DNA of 64,000 nt from an uncultured Solirubrobacterales bacterium. Its GTDB lineage: Bacteria > Actinomycetota > Thermoleophilia > Solirubrobacterales > 70-9. A program made the position numbers and the translations under genes. Below are positions 20,578-29,626 of this stretch, piece after piece. The notes under the pieces were generated by a model. It was not told the DNA's origin and did no database searches. It was given only the letters and a program-made list of their open reading frames with translations. Numbering within the stretch: position 1 is the stretch's first letter; the number at the start of each line of letters is the position of its first letter. The stretch spans positions 133,570 through 197,569 of the forward strand of contig CAWGQG010000002.1 of the NCBI GenBank assembly GCA_963824785.1, given 5' to 3'.

Positions 20578-21006
20578 ATGCCGCAGCTCGCCACCACAAC
20601 CTCCGTTCTGGAGGCGCTCCGCCGCAACGGCCTGCGGGTCTCGACGCCGCGGCGGGTGATCGTCCGGACGCTGGTCGAGGCCGACGGGCCGCTCACGGCG
20701 CACGAGATCGCGGCGGGAGTGGACGGCGGGCGGACGAACCTCGACGTCGCCTCGGTCTACCGCAACCTGGAGACCCTCGCCCGCGTTGGCCTCGTCCGTC
20801 ACCTGCACACCGGCGCGGGACCCGGCAGGTACGTGCTCGCTCGGCCGGGCGGGCGGGAGTACCTCGAATGCGAGCGCTGCGGCTCGTTCGTGGAGATCGA
20901 ATCGAGCGAGCTCGACGGGGTGAGAGACGAGCTGATGACTCGCTTCGGGTACCGCGTCCGCTTCACCCGGCATCCGATGGTGGGACTGTGCCCACGCTGC
21001 CGCTAA
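20578..21006 (+). CDS. Fur family transcriptional regulator
   Basis: 142 aa with a winged-helix region (RVSTPRRVIVRTL...HEIA...SVYRNLETLARVGLV) and CERCG...CPRC structural zinc cysteines. Confidence 0.85.
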   Translation: MPQLATTTSVLEALRRNGLRVSTPRRVIVRTLVEADGPLTAHEIAAGVDGGRTNLDVASVYRNLETLARVGLVRHLHTGAGPGRYVLARPGGREYLECERCGSFVEIESSELDGVRDELMTRFGYRVRFTRHPMVGLCPRCR

Positions 21007-21039
21007 CCTGATTCGCGGCGGTTCGGCCGCCAAGGAAGG

Positions 21040-21480
21040 GTGATGACCGAGGTGGTACAGGCAATCCGCAGGGCCCTGCTCGGCACGGGCTCGGCCGCGT
21101 TCACGCTGATCGGATCCATCGTGATCGGCTTCGGCGTTCCCCTGTTCTGGGTCTTCCTGGCCTCGAAGCTCTACGGCAAGCCGGGCGCGGTCAACGGATC
21201 CGTGGCGATCTTCATCTTCACCGGCATCCTGGTCAGCTACTGGGGCCTGCTGCTACTCGCCTCCTGGATCCGCGGCCGGCTGATGGGGCTCGGCGCGGAG
21301 CCGGGCCCGAGGCGCCAGTCGTGGAACCGCAGCATGCGCGACGCCCGCTACAAGCCCGGCGAGCACCAAAGCGACCCGGTCGAGCGGCTGTTCGTGACCA
21401 CGGCGATCATCTCGATGATCGGGTTCCTGATCTGGTTCGCGTTCTTCGCGGGCGCGCCGTTCCCGACGAGCCCGGCCTAG
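21040..21480 (+). CDS. hypothetical membrane protein (four predicted TM segments)
   Basis: 146-aa ORF with clearly hydrophobic segments. No family recognised. Confidence 0.5.
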   Translation: MMTEVVQAIRRALLGTGSAAFTLIGSIVIGFGVPLFWVFLASKLYGKPGAVNGSVAIFIFTGILVSYWGLLLLASWIRGRLMGLGAEPGPRRQSWNRSMRDARYKPGEHQSDPVERLFVTTAIISMIGFLIWFAFFAGAPFPTSPA

Positions 21481-23162
21481 CAGCCGCGCTTGCGCAGCTT
21501 GCTGCGCAGCTTCCGCTTCGCCTTCTTCTTCTTCGCCTTCTTCAGCTTCTTGCGCAGCTTTGCGCAGGCCGGATCGGCGCCTCTCTCGGCGCCCTTCTGA
21601 GCCGGACACCCCTGCAGGCTCTGGGGACCGTCGACCGACGGGCAGGAGTCGCCGGCGTCGGGAGTCCCGTCGCCGTCGCTGTCAGGTCCGCCGCCCCCGG
21701 TGCCGGAATCGGGCGTGTTGGCGAAGGCGACGAAGTCGAAGGCCGGATCGGCCGGCGTGGCCGGGCAGCCGGCCCTCATGTCGTTCGAGGTCGCGGGTGC
21801 GCCGCCTGACAACGTGAAGTCGTAACGCGAGCGGAAGTAGAACGAGAACATGTTGCCGTCGCCGTTCTGATCGACATCCTTGGTCAGCGCGTCGTCGCAC
21901 CAGCGGTCGGTCAGCAGCCTGGCGTCCGCCGTCGCGTCGCCCTTCACGTACTTGTCGAACCAGGCGAGCGTGTACCAGGCGACGAGGTCCTGTCCCCGCC
22001 GGGTGCCGGTGCCGAGGACCGGGATCGTGTTGCCCGGGATCAGGGATGACTCGTAGTGGGTGCCGCCGCGGATGTTCACCTGCATCGAGTCCACGCCGGC
22101 GGTCTGGTAGTCGCTGAACCCGGCGTTCTTCCCCTCGGGATTGGGATCGCTCGTGAAGGGCGTCGGCGTCAGGCCGTAGTCGTTCGAGATTCCCATGGCG
22201 GGCTTGGTGAGCGCCGGGCCCTCGCGGGAGTCGGGGTTCGACGGGCATTCGTGGTTGCCGAAGACGCCTTCCTCGGGCGCTGACAGGTTGTCCCAGGCGA
22301 CCAGCGTGTCGACCCGCGGGTCGCGCTGCCCGATGAACGAGACGGCGCTGGCGCCGAGCGAATGGCCGGCGATGCCGATTCGGCTCGAATCCACCAGCGA
22401 GTGCATGGGATTGAACGCGGCGGCCAGGCCCTCGCCGACTCGCCGATCGTGCTTCGGCGAGTGATCGGTGCCGACGTCCTCGTTGGCGTTGCCACAGCTG
22501 GGCCGGGGGTCAAAGGGCTGCGCCGGGGTGGAGAGCAGGAAGTCGAGCGCGTCCTCGGTGCCGTCGAAGAACGGCTGGCCCTGCTGGGAGGGGACGCCCT
22601 CCTGCTCGTCGGGCGCCTCCCCGAAGGTGTCGGAGCGGCCCTGGCCCTGGACGTCGTAGGTGAGGACGATGTAGCCGGCCTTGGCGAAGGTCGCGGCGAG
22701 GCCCCAATAGAGCGTCTCCGGAGCCTGCACCGACCCGGTGGTGATGACGATCGCGGGCCGCTGGACGGGTCCGCCCGCCGTTCCCCACACCGCGCCGGAG
22801 ATGACCGATCCGTTGCGCGCGGTGAAGAGCACCGGGGTCATCACGCCGTAGCCGCTCTCCTCCCAGTCATAGAAGCGGACGTCGCCAGCGCACTCGTTCT
22901 TGCGGTTGGAGCAGACGTTGGTGGGGTTGCGCTCGGGATCCTCGAGCAGGAGCTGCTCGAGGACGCCGACGTCCTCGATGTTCTGCTGCTGCAGTCGGGT
23001 CTGGAACTCGGGCGTCCCCGTGACGTAGACGTTGCGTTCGCTGACCTTGGCGAAGTTCTTGGCCTCGAGCGCGGGGTCGAAGGCGCCGGCCGCCGCGGGC
23101 AGGCCGAGGACCGCAACAAGCGCGGTCCCCGCAAGGACGAGTGTCAGTTTCGCTCTCCGCAT
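21477..23162 (-). CDS. secreted alpha/beta hydrolase with Asp-rich Ca-binding-like motif and Lys/Cys-rich tail
   Basis: ATG at 23162 gives signal peptide MRRAKLTLVLAGTALVAVLGLPAAAGA. GIAGHSLGAS nucleophile elbow. GPDSDGDGTPDAGDSCP motif. Tail CAKLRKKLKKAKKKKAKRKLRSKLRKRGC. The upstream part of ORF 21477..24698 is antisense to radA. Confidence 0.7.
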   Translation of the reverse strand: MRRAKLTLVLAGTALVAVLGLPAAAGAFDPALEAKNFAKVSERNVYVTGTPEFQTRLQQQNIEDVGVLEQLLLEDPERNPTNVCSNRKNECAGDVRFYDWEESGYGVMTPVLFTARNGSVISGAVWGTAGGPVQRPAIVITTGSVQAPETLYWGLAATFAKAGYIVLTYDVQGQGRSDTFGEAPDEQEGVPSQQGQPFFDGTEDALDFLLSTPAQPFDPRPSCGNANEDVGTDHSPKHDRRVGEGLAAAFNPMHSLVDSSRIGIAGHSLGASAVSFIGQRDPRVDTLVAWDNLSAPEEGVFGNHECPSNPDSREGPALTKPAMGISNDYGLTPTPFTSDPNPEGKNAGFSDYQTAGVDSMQVNIRGGTHYESSLIPGNTIPVLGTGTRRGQDLVAWYTLAWFDKYVKGDATADARLLTDRWCDDALTKDVDQNGDGNMFSFYFRSRYDFTLSGGAPATSNDMRAGCPATPADPAFDFVAFANTPDSGTGGGGPDSDGDGTPDAGDSCPSVDGPQSLQGCPAQKGAERGADPACAKLRKKLKKAKKKKAKRKLRSKLRKRGC

Positions 23163-23272
23163 CGCTCCCGATCCGGCCGCCCCCGGGCGACCGGCCTGGA
23201 AAGTAGCCGATCGTTTTCGGTTAGGTCGCAGTTCCCCTGGGTGGCGTCGGCCCCGGTTCCTAAGCTCGGTCG

Positions 23273-24653
23273 GTGGCGAAGGCGAAGACCCAGTACCTCT
23301 GCTCGGACTGCGGGCACGTCGCCCTGGCGTGGACCGGCAAGTGCCCGGGGTGCGGGGCCTGGAACACCCTCGAGCAGGGCGCCGTCGCGTGCGCCCCGGG
23401 GCGGCGGGGGCGGGCCGTCGCGCCGTGCGGCGAACGCGGGGCGTCCGGTCCCGCTCCGGGCGGTGAAGGCGGAGCGGTCCCACAGGCTGCAGACCGGGAT
23501 CGCCGAGCTGGACCGGGTCCTGGGCGGGGGGCTCGTCCCCGGATCCCTGATCCTGCTCGGCGGCTCCCCCGGCATCGGGAAGTCCACTCTGGCGGCGATG
23601 GCCCTCTCCAACCTCGGGGCGGCCGGCCACGACGTCCTCTACTCCTCCGGAGAGGAATCCGCCCAGCAGATCCGGCGGCGAGCCGAGCGGCTCGGCGAGG
23701 CGGCCCTCGACGTCCCGGTCCTGGCCGAGCCTTCGCTGGAGGGACTGCTGGCGACCGTTGAGGCCGAGCGCCCCGCCGTCTGCGTGATCGATTCGGTGCA
23801 GACGCTCTCGGTGGGCGACACGACACCGGGAAGCGTCGGCGCGGTGCGGGAGGCGACGAACGGGTTGATGGAGGCCGCCAAGCGCCTCGACGTGACCATG
23901 GTGCTGATCGGGCACGTGACCAAGGAGGGCTCGCTGGCGGGACCGCGGGCCCTCGAGCATCTCGTGGACTGCGTCCTTCACTTCGAGGGGGAGCGCGAGC
24001 GGACCATCAGGACGGTCCGGGCGCTCAAGAACCGCTTCGGCGCGACTAGCGAGGTCGGCGTGTTCGAGATGAAGGAGGCGGGCCTGGTCGAGGTGCTCGA
24101 CCCGTCGGCCCGGTTCGCCGGGGAGGCGCAGCCGGCGCCCGGTTCGGTCGTCCTCTGCGCGATGGAGGGAACGCGGCCGCTGCTGGTGGAGGTCCAGGCC
24201 CTGGTCGCCCCGACCGAGATCGAGCATCCGCGCCGCACCGCGACCGGGATCGACCGCAACCGGATGGCGCTGGTGCTCGCGGTGCTGGCCCGGCACGCCG
24301 GCGTCTCGCTGGGCAACGCCGACGTCTTCGTCAACGTCGCCGGCGGGGTCCGGGTGGACGAGCCCGGGGCGGACCTGGCGATCGCGCTCGCGATCGCGTC
24401 GGCGCACTCCGGCCGCCCGCTGGAGTCGAACGGGCGACCCCTGGCCTGCTTCGGCGAGGTCGGGCTGACCGGCGAGATCCGCTACGTCGCCCACGCCGAC
24501 CGCCGAGTCGCAGAGGCCCGCAAGTTCGGCCTCAACCAAGTCCTGGGCCCGGACCCAGGCGACGAAAAGGTCGCCGGCCTGACCACAGCGGGGACGATCG
24601 TGGAAGCCGTGAGAGCGGCTGGGACAAGGAGTTCTTTGAGGAAAGCGGCGTAA
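23273..24653 (+). pseudogene. radA: DNA repair protein RadA, apparent frameshift near 23385-23400
   Basis: GTG at 23273 gives the zinc ribbon MAKAKTQYLCSDCGH...CPGCGAWNTL. The rest (RLQTGIAELDRVLGGG, GSPGIGKST, KNRFG, Lon-like C-terminal domain) is in the frame of ORF 22362..24653. The junction lies in CCCCGGGGCGGCGGGGGCGGG. Confidence 0.85.
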
Positions 24654-24738
24654 CTCGGGCGGGTGGCAGCGCGGGGGCCCCGAGGACACGCCTCGCACGA
24701 GGAGGGCCCGGCTGACAGGCCCGCCAGCGACCCAGCAC

Positions 24739-24767
24739 TTGACAAGCCCTTATCCGACGTATCCACT
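24739..24767 (+). promoter_or_regulatory. candidate promoter upstream of disA
   Basis: TTGACA (24739-24744), 17-nt spacer, TCCACT (24762-24767), followed by a T-rich tract. Sequence pattern only. Confidence 0.3.
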
Positions 24768-24818
24768 GCGAATTCCCCGCACCCCACCCCTTTTTTCTTT
24801 TTGCAACCATCAACAGTG

Positions 24819-25934
24819 ATGCCGCCCTCGGTACCGGGAGACGACCTTCAGGAGTTGGAGGCGCGACAGGACCCCCGGCTGCTCAGGGCCCTGGACATGG
24901 TTGCCCCCGGCACCGCGCTGCGCGAGGGCATCGACAACATCGTCCACTCCCGCACCGGCGGCCTCATCGTCATCGGCGAGACGGAGGACATCTCGTTTCT
25001 CTTCTCGGGTGGGCTCTCGCTGGACGTGGACTACACGCCGGCGCTGCTCTACCAGGTGGCCAAAATGGACGGCGCGATCGTCCTCAACGCTCAGGCGACC
25101 AAGATCGTCTGCGCCAACGTCCAGCTGATGCCGGACCCGACGATCCTCTCGACCGAGACGGGAACCCGCCACCGCACCGCCGAGCGCGTCAGCAAGCAGA
25201 CCGACTCGCTGGTGGTCGCGATCTCGGAGCGCCGCGACGTCGTTTCGCTCTACCTGGGCGGGATGAAGTACATCCTCCAGGACATCCCCGCGGTCCTCGC
25301 CAAGGCGAACCAGGGGCTCGCGACGCTCGACAAGTACCGGGTCCGCCTCGACAGCGTCTCCGGCCGCCTCACGCTGCTGGAGTTCGAGGGCCGCTCCGTC
25401 CTCTACGACGCGCTCTCGGTCCTCCAGCGCGCGGAGCTGGTCACGCGGATGGCCGTCGAGGTCGAGCGCTACATCGTCGAGCTCGGCACCGAGGGCCGCC
25501 TGATCGAGATGCAGCTCGAGGAGACGATGGTCGGGGTCGCCGCCGACAAGGCCGCGCTGATCCGCGACTACTCGGTCGAGGACAGCGAGGAGAACCTCGC
25601 CACCACGCTCACGGCGATCGCCCGCCTGCCCCATCAGGACCTGCTCGACTTCGGCCGCCTTGCCGAGCTGCTCGGCTACGACCGCAAGGTGAGCGCACTG
25701 GACTTCCCGGTCTCCTCACGCGGCTATCGCGTGCTCGGACGAATCCCGCGACTGCCGAAGCTGGTGGTCCAGCGGATCATTCACGAGTTCGGAGGACTGG
25801 AGGAGATACTCGCTGCGAACGATGACGACCTCGAGGCTGTCGAGGGCGTTGGAACCACGCGGGCGAAGGACATCCGCGAGGGCGTTCGCAGGCTTCAGGA
25901 GGTCGATTCAGTCGACCGGACCTTGCAAAGTTGA
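24819..25934 (+). CDS. disA: DNA integrity scanning protein DisA (diadenylate cyclase)
   Basis: DAC domain (GGLIVIG, DGAIVL, TGTRHRTAERVS), linker and C-terminal HhH (AVEGVGTTRAKDI). ATG at 24819. Sits directly downstream of radA, as in Bacillus and Mycobacterium. Confidence 0.9.
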   Translation: MPPSVPGDDLQELEARQDPRLLRALDMVAPGTALREGIDNIVHSRTGGLIVIGETEDISFLFSGGLSLDVDYTPALLYQVAKMDGAIVLNAQATKIVCANVQLMPDPTILSTETGTRHRTAERVSKQTDSLVVAISERRDVVSLYLGGMKYILQDIPAVLAKANQGLATLDKYRVRLDSVSGRLTLLEFEGRSVLYDALSVLQRAELVTRMAVEVERYIVELGTEGRLIEMQLEETMVGVAADKAALIRDYSVEDSEENLATTLTAIARLPHQDLLDFGRLAELLGYDRKVSALDFPVSSRGYRVLGRIPRLPKLVVQRIIHEFGGLEEILAANDDDLEAVEGVGTTRAKDIREGVRRLQEVDSVDRTLQS

Positions 25935-26027
25935 CGGCCCGTACCTGCCGCCGTCTGACCAAAGGAGAGACCAATTCCTGAGCTAACAGAGGAGGTACTC
26001 GACGAGGGGGCTGTCGAAGACCTCGAG

Positions 26028-26555
26028 ATGATTGATGTTCCACTGATCAAGTTCGAGGTCGGAGACCACGTCGTCTACCCGCACCATGGTGCTGGAGTGG
26101 TCCTGAAGAAGGAGACGAAGGACCTGTTGGGAGAGAAGCGGGACTACCTCACGATCAACATCCTGCACAACAACATGACCGTGATGGTCCCCTGTGAGAA
26201 CGCGCATCGGGCGGGTCTCCGCCGCGTCATCGACGAGGAGCAGGTGAAGAAGGTCATAGGGGTACTCACCGATGACGTCTCCGAGATGCCGAAGAACTGG
26301 AACCGCCGGTTCAAGCACAACCGCGAGAAGATCAAGACCGGCGACATCTTCGAGCTCGCCGAGGTGGTCCGGAACCTCGCGATCCGGGAGATGGAGAAGG
26401 GGCTCTCGACCGGCGAGAAGCAGATGTACACGCGCGCAAAGAAGATCCTCGCGTCCGAGTTCATGTACTGCCTGGACAAGGACGAGGAGGGCGCGGAGGA
26501 GTACCTCGACGGGCTGCTGGAGAAGGGCTTTGGCGGGGTCAAGGCGACTGCCTAG
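26028..26555 (+). CDS. carD: CarD family transcriptional regulator
   Basis: FEVGDHVVYPHHGAGVV Tudor-like N-terminus and NWNRRFKHNREKIKTGD motif. Confidence 0.9.
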   Translation: MIDVPLIKFEVGDHVVYPHHGAGVVLKKETKDLLGEKRDYLTINILHNNMTVMVPCENAHRAGLRRVIDEEQVKKVIGVLTDDVSEMPKNWNRRFKHNREKIKTGDIFELAEVVRNLAIREMEKGLSTGEKQMYTRAKKILASEFMYCLDKDEEGAEEYLDGLLEKGFGGVKATA

Positions 26556-26559
26556 GTAG

Positions 26560-27249
26560 TTGCCCGCCGCTACGGCCGTGATCGCGGCCGCCGGTTCCGG
26601 GGAGAGACTCGGAGCCGGCGGCCCCAAGGCCTTCGTAAAGCTCGGAGGACGGCCGATGCTGGCCTGGTCGCTCACCGCCTTCGACGAGGCCGACTCGGTC
26701 GGCTCGATCGTGGTCGCCGCGCCCCCGGGTGACGAGGACCGCGTCACCGAGCTTGCAGGAGAGGCGGGGGTGAAGGTCTCGGTCGTGGCCGGGGCGGAGT
26801 TTCGGTCCCAGTCGGTGGCGAACGCGCTTGACGAGGTGAAGGACGAGGTGGCCGTCGTTCACGACGCCGCCCGGCCGATCGTCTCCTCCGAGCTGATCGA
26901 CCAGATCGTCGGCCGCCTCGACCGCGATTCCGACGCGATGGGCGTCGTCGCGGCGACCCCGGTCGCGGACACGATCAAGGAGGCGTCGGTCTCGCGCCGG
27001 GTCCTGCGGACCCCGGACCGCTCGCGGCTGTGGGCGGCTCAGACGCCGCAGGCATTCCGTGCCGACGCGCTGCGTGACGCCCTCGCGGCCGGCGGCGAGG
27101 ACCTCGCCAAGGCGACCGACGACGCGATGCTGGTCGAGCGGATGGGCGGTGAGGTGCTGATCCACAACGCACCGCCCGAAAACCTGAAGGTGACGACGCC
27201 GCTCGACTTCCAGGTCGCCGAGCTGCTGCTCGCCGAGCGCCGGGACTAG
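26560..27249 (+). CDS. ispD: 2-C-methyl-D-erythritol 4-phosphate cytidylyltransferase
   Basis: AVIAAAGSGERLG..PKAF, VHDAARP and LWAAQTPQAFR motifs. Confidence 0.9.
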   Translation: MPAATAVIAAAGSGERLGAGGPKAFVKLGGRPMLAWSLTAFDEADSVGSIVVAAPPGDEDRVTELAGEAGVKVSVVAGAEFRSQSVANALDEVKDEVAVVHDAARPIVSSELIDQIVGRLDRDSDAMGVVAATPVADTIKEASVSRRVLRTPDRSRLWAAQTPQAFRADALRDALAAGGEDLAKATDDAMLVERMGGEVLIHNAPPENLKVTTPLDFQVAELLLAERRD

Positions 27250-28256
27250 CGTTCCTCGGTCTCCGGCACTCCCGCCTTGCGGCTGCGACCGACCGGCAGG
27301 CCCGCGGCCTCGCGGGCGTCGTGATGAAGGTGCTCTCTGCGGCGCCGCTGGTAGAGCTTGCGCTGGATGAAGAGGATCGCCACGCCGGTGAGGATGATCG
27401 CTGAGAGGTTCATCGCGAGCTGCTGCATCGCACCGACCATTTCATCGCCGTCCCTATAGGCGGCGGCGACGGCAATGTTGGCCGCCGCGGGAATGGTGGT
27501 CACCGAGATCAGAACGCCCACCAGCGCTCCGGACTTGGACGTGGTCAGCGAGAGCACGCCCGCGGCGCCGGCCAGGATCGCCACGATCAGAGAGAACCCG
27601 TCGGGGTCCGAGATGAACTGGGTGTTCGGATGCTCGGAGGCCGAGAAGTTGTCCGGGGGAAGTCCGATCGCCTCCACCCCGAGCGTGAACAGGTAGGCGG
27701 CGACGATCGCCAGCGGAAAGCCGACGATCAGGGGGAGCAACGAGCGCCTCGCCTTGCCCCAGCGGCGCTGGACGAACGCGACGCTGAGCGCCGCCATCGG
27801 GCCGAACTCCGGTCCGACGACCATCGCCCCAACCAGCAGGATCGGCGAGTCGAGCATGATCGCCGCCGCGGCGAGGAGACACGACAGCACCATGAAGATC
27901 AGGAAGCTGCCCGAGAGCTCGGTGTCCTCGGAGGTGCGGGCCTCCACCTCCTCCCACACCACCGCGTCGGACGGCATGCCGGCCGCGGCCCGCTCGGCCT
28001 CCTCGGCCGCGAATGAGATCTGCGAGTCGATCTCCTCGATGGCGATCGACCCCTCACGGTCGATCTCGAGCTCCCGGAGGTCGCTGATGACGACGCTCGC
28101 GTCCTCACGTGCGACGTCGGCAAGGATCACGTCGCCCTCCGGCTTCTGGGCGGCACCGGGCAGATAGATGACGTTGAGCGCCGAGTGCGTCGCCTTCAGC
28201 AGGGCAACGGCCTGGTCGGCGGTGTGGCCGGGGACGACGATCCTCAGGTGAACCAT
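27246..28256 (-). CDS. DUF389 / TIGR00341-family membrane protein
   Basis: 336 aa with a cytoplasmic N-domain (MVHLRIVVP...) followed by multiple TM helices with GPEFGP and similar DUF389 motifs. Confidence 0.75.
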   Translation of the reverse strand: MVHLRIVVPGHTADQAVALLKATHSALNVIYLPGAAQKPEGDVILADVAREDASVVISDLRELEIDREGSIAIEEIDSQISFAAEEAERAAAGMPSDAVVWEEVEARTSEDTELSGSFLIFMVLSCLLAAAAIMLDSPILLVGAMVVGPEFGPMAALSVAFVQRRWGKARRSLLPLIVGFPLAIVAAYLFTLGVEAIGLPPDNFSASEHPNTQFISDPDGFSLIVAILAGAAGVLSLTTSKSGALVGVLISVTTIPAAANIAVAAAYRDGDEMVGAMQQLAMNLSAIILTGVAILFIQRKLYQRRRREHLHHDAREAAGLPVGRSRKAGVPETEER

Positions 28257-28275
28257 TCGGCACTAGCCTAGTCAC

Positions 28276-29139
28276 GTGCTCACCGACTACCACCTGCACC
28301 TGCGCCCGGATGACGTCGGCACGGCCGACGAGCACTTCACCGACGAGAACGTCAGGCGCTACCTGGACGCCGCGGAGGAGGCGGGGATCGGCGAGCTCGG
28401 CGTCTCTGAGCACATCTACCGCTTCACCGCGGCGCTCGAGCTGTGGCAGCACGACTTCTGGCGGGAGCAGGCTCGCGACGACCTGGACGCCTACTGCGAG
28501 TTCGTCAAGCAGACCCCCCTTAGGCTCGGAATCGAGGCCGACTACGTTCGCGGCGCCGAGGACCGCACCGCCGCGTTGCTCGAGGCGCGCGACTTCGATT
28601 ACGTCGTCGGCTCGGTCCACTTCATGGGCGACGACGGCGCCGTCGACGACAGCCGCTACGACGTCTGGCAGGCCGACGGCGACCCGGACTCCCTCTGGCG
28701 GCGCTACTTCGAGTGGATCGCCGAGGCAGCCCGCTCGGGCCTGTTCGACATCCTCGCCCACCCCGACCTGATCAAGGTCTGGGGCGACGCTCGCCCGCTG
28801 CCGGAGAAGGACCCCCGCCACTACTACGAGCCCGCGGTCGAGGCCGTGGCCGAGTCCGGCATCGCGGTCGAGGTCTCCACGGCCGGCCTGCGCAAGCACG
28901 TCGGCGAGCTCTACCCGTCCCGCGCCTTCGCGGAGATGTGCGTCGAGGCGGGCGCTGCCTTCGCGCTTTCCTCGGACGCCCACGCCCCCGAGCAGGTCGG
29001 CTTCGAGTACGGTCGCGCGCTGGAGTTCCTCGACGAGCTGGGGGTGGACGAGATCTGCGTCTTCGAGGGTCGTCGGAGGCGCCTGGAGCCGCTCGGCCCC
29101 GCCCGGGTGACGCCTGCCGCCGACGGGGTGGAGGGCTGA
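28276..29139 (+). CDS. hisJ: PHP-family histidinol-phosphatase (HisJ type)
   Basis: LTDYHLH...GVSEHIYRF...GSVHF...ILAHPDLIK...SSDAH metal-ligand pattern typical of PHP histidinol phosphatases. Confidence 0.7.
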   Translation: MLTDYHLHLRPDDVGTADEHFTDENVRRYLDAAEEAGIGELGVSEHIYRFTAALELWQHDFWREQARDDLDAYCEFVKQTPLRLGIEADYVRGAEDRTAALLEARDFDYVVGSVHFMGDDGAVDDSRYDVWQADGDPDSLWRRYFEWIAEAARSGLFDILAHPDLIKVWGDARPLPEKDPRHYYEPAVEAVAESGIAVEVSTAGLRKHVGELYPSRAFAEMCVEAGAAFALSSDAHAPEQVGFEYGRALEFLDELGVDEICVFEGRRRRLEPLGPARVTPAADGVEG

Positions 29140-29597
29140 TGGCCGCGCGGGTGGGCATCGGCTACGACAGCCATCGCCTCGAGGCCGGGGGGCGGCTCGT
29201 GATCGGGGGCGTCGAGATCGATCATGACAAGGGCCTGACCGGGCACTCCGACGCCGACGTCCTCACCCACGCCCTGATCGACGCCCTGCTCGGCTCCTGC
29301 GGGCTCGGCGACCTCGGCGGGCTCTTCCCGGACGACGACGAGCAGTGGCGCGACGCCGACTCGCTCGACCTGCTGAGGATCGTCGTCGGCAAGCTCCCCG
29401 GCCGCCCAGTGAACGCCGACGCGACCGTGATCTGCGAGGAGCCGAAGCTGGGCCCCCACCGGGCCGAGATGGAACGCATCCTGAGCGAGGCGATCTCGGC
29501 GCCGGTCAGCGTCAAGGCCAGCACTAACGAGGGCATGGGCGCGATCGGCCGCGGCGAGGGAATCGCCTGCATGGCGGTCGCTTTGGTCGAGACCTAG
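29139..29597 (+). CDS. ispF: 2-C-methyl-D-erythritol 2,4-cyclodiphosphate synthase
   Basis: MAARVGIGYDSHRL...GHSDADVLTHALIDALLG...STNEGMGAIGRGEGI. The ATG overlaps the hisJ TGA (TGATG). Confidence 0.92.
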   Translation: MAARVGIGYDSHRLEAGGRLVIGGVEIDHDKGLTGHSDADVLTHALIDALLGSCGLGDLGGLFPDDDEQWRDADSLDLLRIVVGKLPGRPVNADATVICEEPKLGPHRAEMERILSEAISAPVSVKASTNEGMGAIGRGEGIACMAVALVET

Positions 29598-29626
29598 GAG
29601 CGCGTCCCCGAATACTCTTCCTGCAG

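Noticed and set aside
22362-23272. Upstream part of ORF 22362..24653 (+)
   Set aside because: This part is antisense to the secreted hydrolase. RadA homology begins only at the zinc ribbon from GTG 23273, which is in another frame.
23163-24698. N-terminal 510 residues of ORF 21477..24698 (-)
   Set aside because: This part is antisense to radA and Arg/Pro/Gly-rich. A good ATG with a signal peptide at 23162 defines the real hydrolase gene.
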